Shown here piece after piece: positions 1 through 11,415 of a stretch of DNA of 64,000 bases. Position numbers and translations under genes: made by a program. Positions within the stretch are counted from its first letter, which is position 1. The number at the start of each line of letters is the position of its first letter. Below the pieces are notes generated by a model. That model did not search any database. It was not told where the DNA came from and saw nothing but the letters and a program-made list of their open reading frames with translations. This DNA comes from an uncultured delta proteobacterium (GTDB taxonomy: Bacteria; Desulfobacterota; Desulfobacteria; Desulfobacterales; JAFDCJ01). The DNA lies in assembly GCA_963769935.1 (NCBI GenBank), contig CAVYNY010000010.1, positions 608,001-672,000 of the forward strand. The letters are read 5' to 3'.

Positions 1-1233
<1,233 letters not shown>

Positions 1234-1253
1234 TCTCATCAGGGAATAAAACC

Positions 1254-2009
1254 ATGCCCAAGGTTGCCGTTTATCCAGACAATGCAAGCCTGATCAGCGG
1301 TGCGGCGGATTTGATCATCGAGTCGGCGGCCCAAGCCGTCGCTGCGCGCGGCCGCTTTACGCTGGCTCTCTCCGGTGGCAGCACCCCACGACCGGTCTAC
1401 GCCCGCCTGGCAACGGCGGACTACCGAGACCGGATCGACTGGTCCAAAGTCAAGATCTTTTTTGGGGATGAACGCTGTGTGCCGCCCGACGACCCCCGGA
1501 GCAATTACCTTATGGTCCGGACCGCCCTGCTCGATCAGGTGCCGCTTCCGCCCGATAACATATACCGCATCCGGGGCGAGGAGGCGCCGGAGAAGGCCGC
1601 CGCAGACTACACCGGCGCACTCCGGCGCAACTTCGGGAGTGATGCAGCCGGCGGGGGGCCACCCGCCGAAGGCTTCGACCTGATACTCCTGGGCATGGGA
1701 GACAACGGCCACACCGCCTCCCTCTTTCCAGGCCTGGCTGCCGTGACGGAAACGGTACGCTGGGTTATGGCTGTCTACATAGAGGTCGTGGGCATGTGGC
1801 GGGTCACGATGACACCGGTGATCATCAATGCCGCCCGACAGGTGGCCTTTCTCGTGTCGGGGGCCCAAAAGGCCGAGATGCTGCAGCGGGTTCTTGAAGG
1901 ACCCTACCAGCCGGTGGTGCTGCCGTCCCAGATCATCAAGCCCGTGGCCGGGGAATTGCACTGGCTGCTGGACGCTCCGGCCGCCGCCAAGCTTAGGACG
2001 AAGTCATGA
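1254..2009 (+). CDS. pgl: 6-phosphogluconolactonase
   Basis: ALSGGSTP, FFGDERCVP and LGMGDNGHTASLFP motifs; directly downstream of pgi. Confidence 0.95.
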   Translation: MPKVAVYPDNASLISGAADLIIESAAQAVAARGRFTLALSGGSTPRPVYARLATADYRDRIDWSKVKIFFGDERCVPPDDPRSNYLMVRTALLDQVPLPPDNIYRIRGEEAPEKAAADYTGALRRNFGSDAAGGGPPAEGFDLILLGMGDNGHTASLFPGLAAVTETVRWVMAVYIEVVGMWRVTMTPVIINAARQVAFLVSGAQKAEMLQRVLEGPYQPVVLPSQIIKPVAGELHWLLDAPAAAKLRTKS

Positions 2010-2120
2010 CCGATGTAGTCCCCGGTTATGCGGCCCGGGTCCGGTACAAACGGCAAGCGGCGGAGCTGCAGCCAAATTCATCCTAACAATATCAGAACTG
2101 ATACCGACCATATTTACCTT

Positions 2121-2278
2121 AGGGTTCACGAGAAAATAAGTTCACAATTTTAGGCGTTGCGGCGCCCGTCCGGCAAGGCGCGAAGACGCAGGAATATCTG
2201 GATATTCCGAGCTTTCGCAACGCAGCCAGGCGGGATGCAGCGGCGTATGAAATATGAAGTTATTTTTGAGTGAGCCCT
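2121..2278. repeat. ~158-bp imperfect palindrome (MITE/REP-like element)
   Basis: The ends agggttcacgagaaaataa and ttatttttgagtgagccct are inverted copies. Central ggaatatc-tg-gatattcc. It lies between convergent genes. Confidence 0.75.
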
Positions 2279-2314
2279 TCGTGTTATTCAATGAGTCTCG
2301 GTTATGATTTGAGC

Positions 2315-3457
2315 TTAGAAGTGATCTTTTTTAATCCCCGGCAGACCCTCCCCCCTTTGGATGCCCCTGATCCAATCCCAGGCGCTTGTCTGCCAGTCAT
2401 CCCTCCGGCCGGAATCGGAGATCCACGGGGGAAGTGTAAGATCCAGATACCGGGAGAGAGAATAGACGTAGGGTTCATACAAGAGGCGTAGTTCCCTGAG
2501 TTTTTTGTTCACCTCCTCACCGCTCAGAAGATCCACGTTTTCGGCTGCCAGAGCCACGCGCAGGTGCAGCAAATCATCATCAGAAAGCCGATCCTGCTCG
2601 GGCATATGCGGCGGGGTCTTAAAAATGAGGGCGAGGTCCACAACCGCATGCCGCGCCATGGCGAACGTCAACTGGGCTTGATGTTCGCAGGCCCCCTTCA
2701 GACCCGTAATGATAAGGGCGCTCACATCGAGAATGGCGGTAAGGGCCGAAAGCCAGGATTGGTTGTCATGCTGGGAGCGGTAGAAGGCCAGCACCGGGAA
2801 TGAGAGATGACTCTCCAACAACTCGGCCGACCACCGTTCCCAATCATAAAGCAATTGACGGAGGGCCTCCATCCCGAAGTCGTGGGAATGCCGGTACATG
2901 ATCTCAAAGGCCGTCGGAGGAGAACCTGCGCGCGCATCCAGGAGTGATATATTCACCTCCCGGTTGGAAAAAGATTGGTTGAGCGATGGCAGGTGCCCGA
3001 TCAAGACTGCGAGAAAGCCGAAACCCATCCCGGCTTCAATGACGGTAAGTGCCCTGGCGAAGGTATTGGCCGGAAGGACATCTCCCAGTCCGAGCGTAAA
3101 AAAGGTGGTACCGCTCATGTAGAGGGCTTCCCCAAAACCCAAGTGGCCCCCGGTTGCACTCAGTTCCCTTCCCCACGACAAGTAGAGGAGAGAGAATCCC
3201 GCCACGAGACTTGCGGCCCAGGTGCTCAGCAGCAAAAGCAGCGTCAGGGGGCCGAAAATACTACGATAAGCCGCCCGCCCCCTGTCCGAGGGGATGGCTT
3301 TCAGCAGAAGGGACCATAAGTGCCACATCGACCGATTAAAGAAACGCGCGAAACGGAAGCGGCGGGTTATCCGGCGAGGGAGGACCATCGTCTCGAAGCC
3401 GTCCCAAAGAACGGCCAGGATAATGGATATGCCGGCTATGCTCAGAAAGATGGGCAC
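2315..3457 (-). CDS. potassium channel family (Ion_trans_2-type) membrane protein
   Basis: Pore-like motif YMSGTTFFTLGLGDV between TM helices; AGGAGG RBS before a GTG start. Confidence 0.85.
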   Translation of the reverse strand: MPIFLSIAGISIILAVLWDGFETMVLPRRITRRFRFARFFNRSMWHLWSLLLKAIPSDRGRAAYRSIFGPLTLLLLLSTWAASLVAGFSLLYLSWGRELSATGGHLGFGEALYMSGTTFFTLGLGDVLPANTFARALTVIEAGMGFGFLAVLIGHLPSLNQSFSNREVNISLLDARAGSPPTAFEIMYRHSHDFGMEALRQLLYDWERWSAELLESHLSFPVLAFYRSQHDNQSWLSALTAILDVSALIITGLKGACEHQAQLTFAMARHAVVDLALIFKTPPHMPEQDRLSDDDLLHLRVALAAENVDLLSGEEVNKKLRELRLLYEPYVYSLSRYLDLTLPPWISDSGRRDDWQTSAWDWIRGIQRGEGLPGIKKDHF

Positions 3458-3469
3458 AAGGCCTCCTGA

Positions 3470-3550
3470 TTATTCCACTAAAGTTACAGGCGCATCGGCG
3501 GGTCCTTCAGCGTGGTCATGCGCTGAAACGGGCTGGGTGAGCGTGGCCAT
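3470..3550 (-). pseudogene. N-terminal remnant of a DsbA/thioredoxin-fold protein
   Basis: AGGAGG RBS followed by MATLTQPVSAHDHAEGPADAPVTLVE*, matching the DsbA-family N-terminus that normally continues YGDYxCxxC. Confidence 0.7.
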
Positions 3551-3606
3551 CTATTACCTCCTGACTACGACATCGAACTAATTTCGATTCCGAATGATTC
3601 TAAAGT

Positions 3607-5011
3607 CTACCGACGGGTCGCCTTTGCAGGCACGTTTGCCAAGAGCGCAGCCAGCCCCTCGGCGACTGTGGGATGGGTGAAAATCCCCTCGCCTAACGTT
3701 GTATATGGCAAGTGTCCAATCATGGCCGTCTGGACAATCCCCATCAGTTCGCTTCCCTCGACCCCGAATGCGGCGAAACCCAAAATTTCGTCACTCTGGA
3801 CGCCGATGAGCATTTTCAAGAACCCGCGCGGTTCAGAGAGAGTCCTGGTCTTCAGGATGTCGGCCATACGGCATCTTAACGAGGCGGTAGCCAATGCCGC
3901 GATTCTTGGCCTCGGCTTCGTTCAATCCAACCCGTGCCAGCAGCGGATCGGTAAACATACAGAAAGGAACCAAGCGGTTTCTTGTAGTGCGGTTGCCTCC
4001 GTTAAGGTTGGTGTGTACAATCCGGAAATCGTCGAAAGAGACATGGGTAAACTTCGGGCTGCCGGCACATTCGCCCATGGCCCAAACCTTCGGGGCAGTT
4101 GTCTCCAGACGCTCATTGACTTTGATATAGCCTTGCTCGTTCAGCCCCACTGAGGCCTGCTCGAGCCCGATGCCCTGAGTGTTTGGCGTCCGGCCGAGTG
4201 CGACGAGAAGGTCCGTTCCTTCGATGACCGATTCGGTCTTCGTGCTTTGGGTGTAGACCCGGACATGTCGACCGGAGTGTCCCTCGACTCGGCCGACACA
4301 AGTTTCGAGCATTACGTCGATTCCCTCGTGATGAAATAACTCCAAGAGGGCGCTTCCAACGTCAGGATCCTCTTGGCTGGCGAGTTGTGGGCCTCTCTCA
4401 ATCACAGTTACTCGGGATCCGAAACGCCGCATGGCCTGGGCAAGTTCGAGGCTGACAAAGCCGCCGCCGAAGACAATGAGATGTTCTGGCAGGCGGTCGA
4501 GATCGAGAGCTTCAACGTGGGTCATGGCCCGGGCCGCCGCAAGTCCGGGCCAATCAGGCAAAGCCGCACGGGTTCCTAAGTCCAGGAAGACCCGCTCGCC
4601 GGTGATCCGTCTAACGCCTCCGCTGTTTAAGCGGATTTCAACGGTTCTCGGAGCAATAAAACAGGCCTCCCCCAGGATCAGTTCCGCGCCGCTCGCTTTG
4701 TAGTGGTCCAGATGCAATCGAATCAGTCCATCGACCATGAGGCGCTTGCGGCGCTGGACCCCCTTCATGTTCACAGCCATGGGGCCGGTTTCAAGTCCAA
4801 ATTCCTCGCCGCGCCTGGCCAAAGAGGTTACCTTGGCGGAATAGATTACATTCTTACTCGGCAGGCAGGCAATGTTAGGGCAGGACCCCCCGATCAGCTT
4901 TCGCTCAACCACCGCCGTCCGCCGGCCTGCCTTCGCCATTGTCCAAGCCAGGTATTTACCCGCTTCCCCGCTGCCGATAATAAGGATATCGTAGTTTTCG
5001 ATCTCAGGCAT
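3607..5011 (-). pseudogene. pyridine nucleotide-disulfide oxidoreductase (mercuric reductase/LPD-like), frameshifted
   Basis: GGSCPNIACLPSK redox motif. The dimerisation domain (FTHPTVAE) is in another frame. One extra base at ~3868 (AAG ATG CCG T ATG GCC). Confidence 0.85.
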
Positions 5012-5201
5012 CTCCCCCCTTCTTTCTCGCTGCCTCCGGTAAGCAAGCCACCAGAACTACCGAAGGCAATAATTGAGCACAAATCAAACAGCCACAGAAG
5101 CCCATGATCCGGGTCGCCAAGCAGGCCATCCACCCAGACACCGTTCTGGTGCATCCCGATCCAAGGTATCCGGCATCACAATCCGTCTCTGCCGCCGGAG
5201 C

Positions 5202-6215
5202 TCACATGGTCAGGACGACGCGGAATTCTGCTTTCCCGCTTAGCATGCGGGCATAGGCTTCAGCGGCTTGCGCGAGCGGGTACTTCTCGATCATCGGGCG
5301 AACGCCGGTCATTTCCGCGAAGCGCAGCGTATCTTCCGAGTCGGTTGGGATCCCAGCCGCCCAGCCCTGGATTCGCTTCTTGCCCGCAATCAAGTTAATG
5401 GGCGGCACTTCGATGGGGTCCATCGAAACTCCCACAACCAGCAGTGTGCCATTCGCCCCCAGGCCGCCGATGATCCCGGACATCAATTTCCCACTGGGCG
5501 CGGTAGCAAGAATCGCGCGCGCGCCTCCGAGCTTCTGAAGTTCGACTGCGGCATCCGTGGCAGCGCTGTCGATATAGACATCCGCGCCAAGCTTTTTTGC
5601 GAGGACAGCGTTGTGCGCCCCACGGCTTATTGCCGCGACGCGATAGCCAAATTTCTTTGCAAACTGAATTCCCAAGTGGCCAAGTCCGCCAATCCCCTGG
5701 ATGGCGACAAGATCACTTGGCAGTGCACCGCTGTGACGGAGAGCATTGAATGTGGTAATTCCGGCGCACATCAACGGCGCGGCTTCGGCGGCATCGAGCG
5801 ATTCGGGCATGCGGGCCAACGCTTCGACCGGCGCGACCATGTATTCCTGATAGCCCCCGTCATAGCTGACTCCGCAAACCTTCCCGTTCGCGCAGTTCAC
5901 GAAATCGCCCCTCCTGCACGCGGGACAAATCCCGTCGTGGCCGCCGTGCCAGCCTACGCCGACGCGTTCGCCCTTCTTCCAGTCCTTCACACCGGCTCCG
6001 ACCTCGTCGATCACACCGGCCACTTCGTGTCCGGGCACGCGCGGATACGACATGCCGGGAAAGACGCCTTCCTTGGTGATAACATCACTGTGACAAACTC
6101 CACATGCTTGAACGCGAATCCTCACGTGTCCCGAACCGGGCTCCGGGATTTCACGTTCCACGACTTCGAAGTTTGCTCCTGCCTTCGGTACTTGTACGAC
6201 TTTCATTTTTGCCAT
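5202..6215 (-). CDS. zinc-dependent alcohol dehydrogenase
   Basis: CGVCHSD, PGHE, structural-Zn Cys cluster and GIGGLG. Confidence 0.93.
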   Translation of the reverse strand: MAKMKVVQVPKAGANFEVVEREIPEPGSGHVRIRVQACGVCHSDVITKEGVFPGMSYPRVPGHEVAGVIDEVGAGVKDWKKGERVGVGWHGGHDGICPACRRGDFVNCANGKVCGVSYDGGYQEYMVAPVEALARMPESLDAAEAAPLMCAGITTFNALRHSGALPSDLVAIQGIGGLGHLGIQFAKKFGYRVAAISRGAHNAVLAKKLGADVYIDSAATDAAVELQKLGGARAILATAPSGKLMSGIIGGLGANGTLLVVGVSMDPIEVPPINLIAGKKRIQGWAAGIPTDSEDTLRFAEMTGVRPMIEKYPLAQAAEAYARMLSGKAEFRVVLTM

Positions 6216-6447
6216 TTTTTAGTCCCTCCTTTTTCGTTGGATGCCGATTCCAGGCAAATGCAGCTGACGCTGGCAAGACATCAGACTTTTAAAGCCTCGC
6301 CCCGCCGTCAAAGACCGACCACACATCATAAGGTATCAGAATAACAGATATCGCCCGGAGTCGGATGCAACAGCCAATCGAAAGCTGCGTGCTCGTCCAC
6401 GCCGGGCGCTGCGCTGCGGTGGGTCCCTGTGCATCACGAAGCCTCTC

Positions 6448-6936
6448 TTACCTCACCACCTCGAAAATAATTTCCAGCTCAACCGGGGTGCCGAGCGGAA
6501 GGCTTGCGACGCCATACACCAAGCGGCAAGGGTTCTTGTCTTTTCCGAAGACGTCTTGCAGCAACTCCGAAGCGCCGTCAGCGACTTTCGGCTGATCGCG
6601 CACATCTCCCGCAGTGGCCACCGACACGCCGAGCCGGACGATCCGCGTCACTTTGTCGAGCGATCCCAAATGCTGTCGCGCGACAGCGAGGGCGTTGAGC
6701 GTAGCGAGGTGAGCCGCCTTGCGGCCGGCTTCCACATCGAGCTCCGCGCCGACGCGCCCAATGAATTTCGCCTCGCGGCCTTCCGTGGGAAGCATCCCGG
6801 TCAGAAAAAGCAGATTGCCCGTCTGCACCGCTTCCGCATAGATGCCGAACGGCTCAGGCGGCGCCGGCAGCTTGATGCCAAGTTCTTTCAACCGCTGCTC
6901 GGCATTGGCCGGCCGAGAAGCTTCGCGGGTTACCAT
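6448..6936 (-). CDS. RidA/YjgF family protein
   Basis: EQRLKELGIKLP...GNLLFLTG...ADGASELL...LPLGTPVELE; start codon uncertain. Confidence 0.88.
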   Translation of the reverse strand: MVTREASRPANAEQRLKELGIKLPAPPEPFGIYAEAVQTGNLLFLTGMLPTEGREAKFIGRVGAELDVEAGRKAAHLATLNALAVARQHLGSLDKVTRIVRLGVSVATAGDVRDQPKVADGASELLQDVFGKDKNPCRLVYGVASLPLGTPVELEIIFEVVR

Positions 6937-7659
6937 TTGCCAACGTGCGCACCGCCGTCCACGTGCAGCACCTCCCCGGTCACCTGACCGGCTTCCGTTA
7001 GATAAACGATCGCTTCCACGATGTCTTTCACATTAGAAATCTGTCCCATCGGTTGCAGCGTCTTGAGAAGATCCTTCGGATCATCCTTGTGCATGGGCGT
7101 ATCGACAATGCCCGGCGCGACGGCGTTGACGCGTATGCCCTGTCTCGCGTATTCCATTGCCAGGCTCCGCGTCACGGCCGCAAGGCCGCCTTTCGTGATC
7201 ATCGGAACCGCAGCAGTTTATTCCGGCGATCGGGTGATCCACCAGCGTCGTCGTGATATTGACGATGCTTCCGCCGGTCTTCTGAGCCAACATCTGCTTG
7301 ATTGCAAGCTGGCTGATGAAGAGAAAACCTTCGATGTTCACGGAAACGAGAGACCGCAGATCGTCGACCGTGTATTCCGTGAAGGCCTTCGAGAAATATA
7401 TGCCGGCGTTGTTGACGAGCGCGTCGATCGATCTGAATTTGCTCTTGGCGACTTCGGCGATCTTCGCCGCCGTTGCGGCTTCGGCGATGCTGCCGTCGAC
7501 CAGCGCGAGTTTATCCGACGCCTCGAAAGCGCCCGACCTGGTGATGTTTCGCGAATTCGCCACCACGTTGTAACCGCGATCCAGAAAGGTCTTTACAAGA
7601 CCTGCTCCGATACCTTGCGAGCCGCCGGTCACGATCACTGTTTTCTGTGTATTTGCCAT
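6930..7659 (-). pseudogene. SDR family oxidoreductase, frameshifted
   Basis: TGGSQGIG and NNAG in the first frame; TKGG...IRVNAVAPG...VDGG in the second. One extra base at ~7217. Confidence 0.85.
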
Positions 7660-7684
7660 TTCTATCCTCCGACGTCCGGGATAC

Positions 7685-8140
7685 TTACGGCTTATTCCCT
7701 ATGATCGCCCTTGCGACCGAAGCGGTGATTATCCCGTATGGTAAATTTAGCAGCAGCAGGTAGACTGTGAACATCGGACCGCCCTGCTGAAGCCCAAAAT
7801 ACCCCGCGCCCCTCATCGGCAGGAAGATTGTGTACAGCGCCAGCAGCGGCACGAGGAAGTATAGCAGACCGAAGAGGTACACCCGCTTCCAGGCGGTCTT
7901 TATAAAAAGTCCGAACAGGATACCCCACAGCCCGGCCCAGAACAGCGGCGTGTAAATACCCGGCGGGTTGAAGGATATGGGAACCTTTACCCCGAAGGTT
8001 GCGCTAAGCCCCAACTCAAACATGACGTGGCTGAAAAGGACCACGGCCAGTCCGCCTATAACCCCCGCCGCGAAACAGATTGCCAGTCGCTGGCTCAGGG
8101 TCAAGCCTTTTTCCAACACGTTCGAACCCTCGTTTGGCAT
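7685..8140 (-). CDS. hypothetical 4-TM membrane protein
   Basis: 151-aa hydrophobic ORF with a GAGGAG RBS, co-oriented with the SDR/RidA/ADH genes. Confidence 0.75.
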   Translation of the reverse strand: MPNEGSNVLEKGLTLSQRLAICFAAGVIGGLAVVLFSHVMFELGLSATFGVKVPISFNPPGIYTPLFWAGLWGILFGLFIKTAWKRVYLFGLLYFLVPLLALYTIFLPMRGAGYFGLQQGGPMFTVYLLLLNLPYGIITASVARAIIGNKP

Positions 8141-8430
8141 ACGTTTCTCCTCAACGAACGTGGGATTATAGAATCTTCCTTTGAACTACTGAACCAAAAT
8201 GGATCTGCTCAGCCGGTCTTTAAATGGGGTGAAACATGTATTTTCACTAAAAACAGACAGTAGCTGCCAAATGCTTTACAAACAGCCTTCCGGTAATTGT
8301 CATATTAGACTTTTGTCTCTTAAAATTATGAAACTTCATTAAATTCGATGCCATTTTTATGAAGTGCCTTACCGCTGAGAGCGCAGAGGGCGCGGAGATT
8401 AATTATAATTTTCTTTCTCGGCGTACTCTG

Positions 8431-9018
8431 CGGGATGAGGTGGTGATTGTTTCCAAGATCGGCTAGCTGCAGGGACAGAACCTTGCCCTGAGCCGCGAAC
8501 GCAAGCAGCACGGACGCCCGTTCCCGGAACTGGTGGAGTACGCCGAAGGCCTGGAGCATTGCATCCATCACTGGTTGAACTTTGGCACCTATGAGCGCTG
8601 GCGCCAGGTCAAAACCGGCAATTTGCTGCCCCGCATCCCGGGGGTCATGGATTTTCTGGAACCGCACGCCAGACAGAATGCCGATGTATCGAAGTGGATG
8701 GTGTCCCATCGCCCAAAAATTGAAGACGCTTTTGAGGCCGTTGCTTCGATTTACGCCGAACAGGCCGCGCACAAGGTCGACCGGATTCGACGCGCAGTGG
8801 CCGCCGTCGATCGGGACTGGGCCGCCGAAGGAACCCTGAGCCAAAAAGCACTGCGGGCGCTGCGCTCCACGCCGGGCGTGTCCTGTGTCCTGGTGGGCAT
8901 GCGCCGTGAGGCCTATGTGTCCGATATCATCGCCGGGTTGCAGCACCCTGTCCAACAAGTCTCGCGGTTTGAATCATGGCTGAAACTGACTGAAGCACTG
9001 GCAAAAACTTTATATTAA
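8431..9018 (+). pseudogene. aldo/keto reductase-domain remnant
   Basis: RDEVVIVSKIG*LQGQN...LEHCIH has an in-frame TAG at 8464-8466 and runs into a C-terminal LSQKALRALRSTPGVSCVLVGMR. No start or RBS; the central part of the domain appears to be missing. Confidence 0.65.
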
Positions 9019-10229
9019 CCGGCACTTTTTGTTGCACGGGCGCCATACAGGTGTGACAGTGGTACTGCGGACATTCCATGCAGGAAAATACTCAGTAAAA
9101 CCGTCAGCACGATGACTGATAGGATCCGTTCTTGCCCCGCCGGGCCAAGCTCATTAACCACCATCAGCAAGTACAACACGGAGGCAATCCCTCGCGGTCC
9201 GAACCAGCCGATAAGACCGATCGAGAGCCATCCCAATCGGGTTCCCATGAGACAGATGGCAACCGGCAGCATGCGAATGACGGTCAAACTCAAGATGGCA
9301 TAAAACCATGATTTAGCATCCCAATAACGCATCGCCGCCGGCACCACGGCCAGCCCGAAGATCAGGAAAACAAACAGTGCCAACTGCTGGCCTTCCGCCT
9401 CTCCGAATTCCTGGATGCGTTCACGAACTATCGGTGTGTGGGTGCCCAACATCAGCCCACCAAAAAAAGCAGCGATGAATCCGTTGCCATGGAAGGTTTC
9501 CGCCGAGGCAAAAGCCAGAATCGCCAGGGACCATGCGGCCAATCGTTGGAAAGTCGGGTTCATCCACCTGGTTTTGGATGCCTTGTCGACAAGTCGCCCT
9601 CCCAGCCATCCCACCAGGGCGCCCAGCAGGGGACCGAAAAGTAATTGCCGCAGGGTGAAAACGATCCAGTACTGAACGCTCAGCTTTTCCGCTGCGCTGG
9701 AGGAGAGAACAGCCATGCAAGCCAGGATGGGAGGCAATGCGATGCCGTCATTGAGCCCGCTTTCGACATTGATCGCTTCCTTTATGTTCTCCGGAACGGC
9801 AGGGCTTGTCATGACCGGCTGCCCCAATGCGGCATCTGTCGGCGATAGGATGAATGCCATCAGGGCCAGCGCCCACGGATTCACATCGCCGAAAAGCGGC
9901 AAGGCCGTTGCCAGCCCCATGCCCATGGTCAGCGGCAGTCCGATCAAAAGCAGTCGAAACGGCACCCCTTTTTCGCGGATCAACAAGTGCAGATTTATAG
10001 TGGACGCATCGATGAACAGCACGAGCACGAGGGTGACTTCCGCCAGGACTCTGACCAGCGGCGCATTGATCCCTTCTTTCAGGAAGCCGAGCCCGATCGG
10101 GCCGGCGACCATGCCGACCGTAACAAACACCATTGCCGCCGAAATCGGTGATTGCTCCGAAATGCGGGAAAACAGTCCGAATCCGAAGATCAGCAGGGCG
10201 GTAAAAATCAGGATTGGATAGTCATGCAT
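9015..10229 (-). CDS. cation:proton antiporter (CPA1/NhaP family)
   Basis: LSPTDAAL, ESGLNDG and GWFGPRGIAS motifs; about 12 TM segments. Confidence 0.92.
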   Translation of the reverse strand: MHDYPILIFTALLIFGFGLFSRISEQSPISAAMVFVTVGMVAGPIGLGFLKEGINAPLVRVLAEVTLVLVLFIDASTINLHLLIREKGVPFRLLLIGLPLTMGMGLATALPLFGDVNPWALALMAFILSPTDAALGQPVMTSPAVPENIKEAINVESGLNDGIALPPILACMAVLSSSAAEKLSVQYWIVFTLRQLLFGPLLGALVGWLGGRLVDKASKTRWMNPTFQRLAAWSLAILAFASAETFHGNGFIAAFFGGLMLGTHTPIVRERIQEFGEAEGQQLALFVFLIFGLAVVPAAMRYWDAKSWFYAILSLTVIRMLPVAICLMGTRLGWLSIGLIGWFGPRGIASVLYLLMVVNELGPAGQERILSVIVLTVLLSIFLHGMSAVPLSHLYGARATKSAG

Positions 10230-10407
10230 AAACAGGGCCTTTCAATATTGAAGCCGGCCGCCTGATTTGGTGGGGCTGTATTTTAAGGCGAAATAGATGA
10301 AGACGGCTGCGACAACGCTTCATAAAAATTTCTTTTTTTCTATCATGGTCTTTCCTTCCTTTCGTTTGAGTTAAAGGCAAAATCGCGGTTCACCACCGAA
10401 AAGACGG

Positions 10408-10884
10408 TTAGTCTTTCCCTTTCGCCCTCATCTCCGCCGCCCGCTTCATCTGCTCCGCTGTCAACTCCGGCGGCCCCGGCTTGAAGGTGACCTTGTTGAT
10501 CGTGCCGGTGAAGCGGAACGGCGGCTGGTAGTCGCAATCGTCGACGCCGGTGCGGGTGTCGTAGCCGACGTCCATCCACTCATCGACGGCCTCGAGGGCC
10601 GGCACCGTATGCGGGATCGTCTGCTTCGCGACTTCGCGGCCGTCCACCGTCAGCACGCCGGTGGGTTTAAAGGACCAAATCAGGGCCTGTATCCAGGGGA
10701 CAATCGCCAGAAACCCGACCCAGCCCATCAGCTTCACTGCATCCGCCTCCGGGTGCTTGCGGGCAATGGCAATCTCGCCCGGAAGCCCCAGAATGAGAAT
10801 CATTAACAAAACGAATGCAAATACGATGACGGCCAGGGCCGCGAAGGTGACGTAATCCCAAAAGCCGATCTTAATGCCGAGCAT
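10408..10884 (-). pseudogene. chimeric ORF: DUF3302-type membrane N-terminus fused to an arylsulfatase-like C-terminus
   Basis: LPGEIAIARKHPEADAV...WIQALIWSFKPT is joined in frame to GVLTVDGREVA...DVGYDTRTGVDD.DYQPPFRFTGTINKVT. Junction at ~10660. Confidence 0.65.
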
Positions 10885-11110
10885 GGCATGTTCTCCTTTC
10901 CTCCTACTCAGCGCCTCCATCTCCGGAGCCTCTGCCTGAAAGACCGGTTGGGAAGTTCCCAAGTACTGATAACCGCGTCTAATTTCATTTCCGGATCCAT
11001 CGTCTCATGACAGCCCTTCTCCAGAAAGGGCATCTCAAGCCTGCATCGTTCACCAATCACGCCGAGTATGCGAATGATCGGGGACTGTCGTTGAGATTCG
11101 ACTATCTCTT

Positions 11111-11302
11111 TCATTGGGCGAAGGAAAGCAGCGAATCGTCCAGCGTTAACACATAGATCAGGACCGCCGCCAGCATGAGGCCTACGACCACCCACAGCCG
11201 CCAGTCTTTGTGAAGTCTTCTCCAATAGGGCTTTTCGTGTTTCCTGTGTGTATGTTTCTGCGAGCCCGCATGGTTGTGAGGGTGTTCTGTCATGTTTGCC
11301 AT
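11111..11302 (-). CDS. small His-rich single-TM protein
   Basis: GGAGG RBS; MANMTEHPHNH...HKDWRLWVVVGLMLAAVLIYVLTLDDS. Confidence 0.65.
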   Translation of the reverse strand: MANMTEHPHNHAGSQKHTHRKHEKPYWRRLHKDWRLWVVVGLMLAAVLIYVLTLDDSLLSFAQ

Positions 11303-11415
11303 TTCACTGCGCCCTCCATTTTGAAAGTGTCTAAAGTGCACCCACCCACTGCGCTCCCTCGATGACCAAGGCTCTGAAGGTCGCGAAGTCCCGGAAGTTG
11401 AGTTGCGTGTAAGGC

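Noticed and set aside
5268..7704. 358-aa and 227-aa + strand ORFs opposite the ADH and SDR genes
   Set aside because: Antisense shadows in GC-rich DNA with no motifs.
10245..10346. RBS plus ATG with a signal-peptide-like stretch in another frame
   Set aside because: Possibly another remnant, but too degenerate to call.
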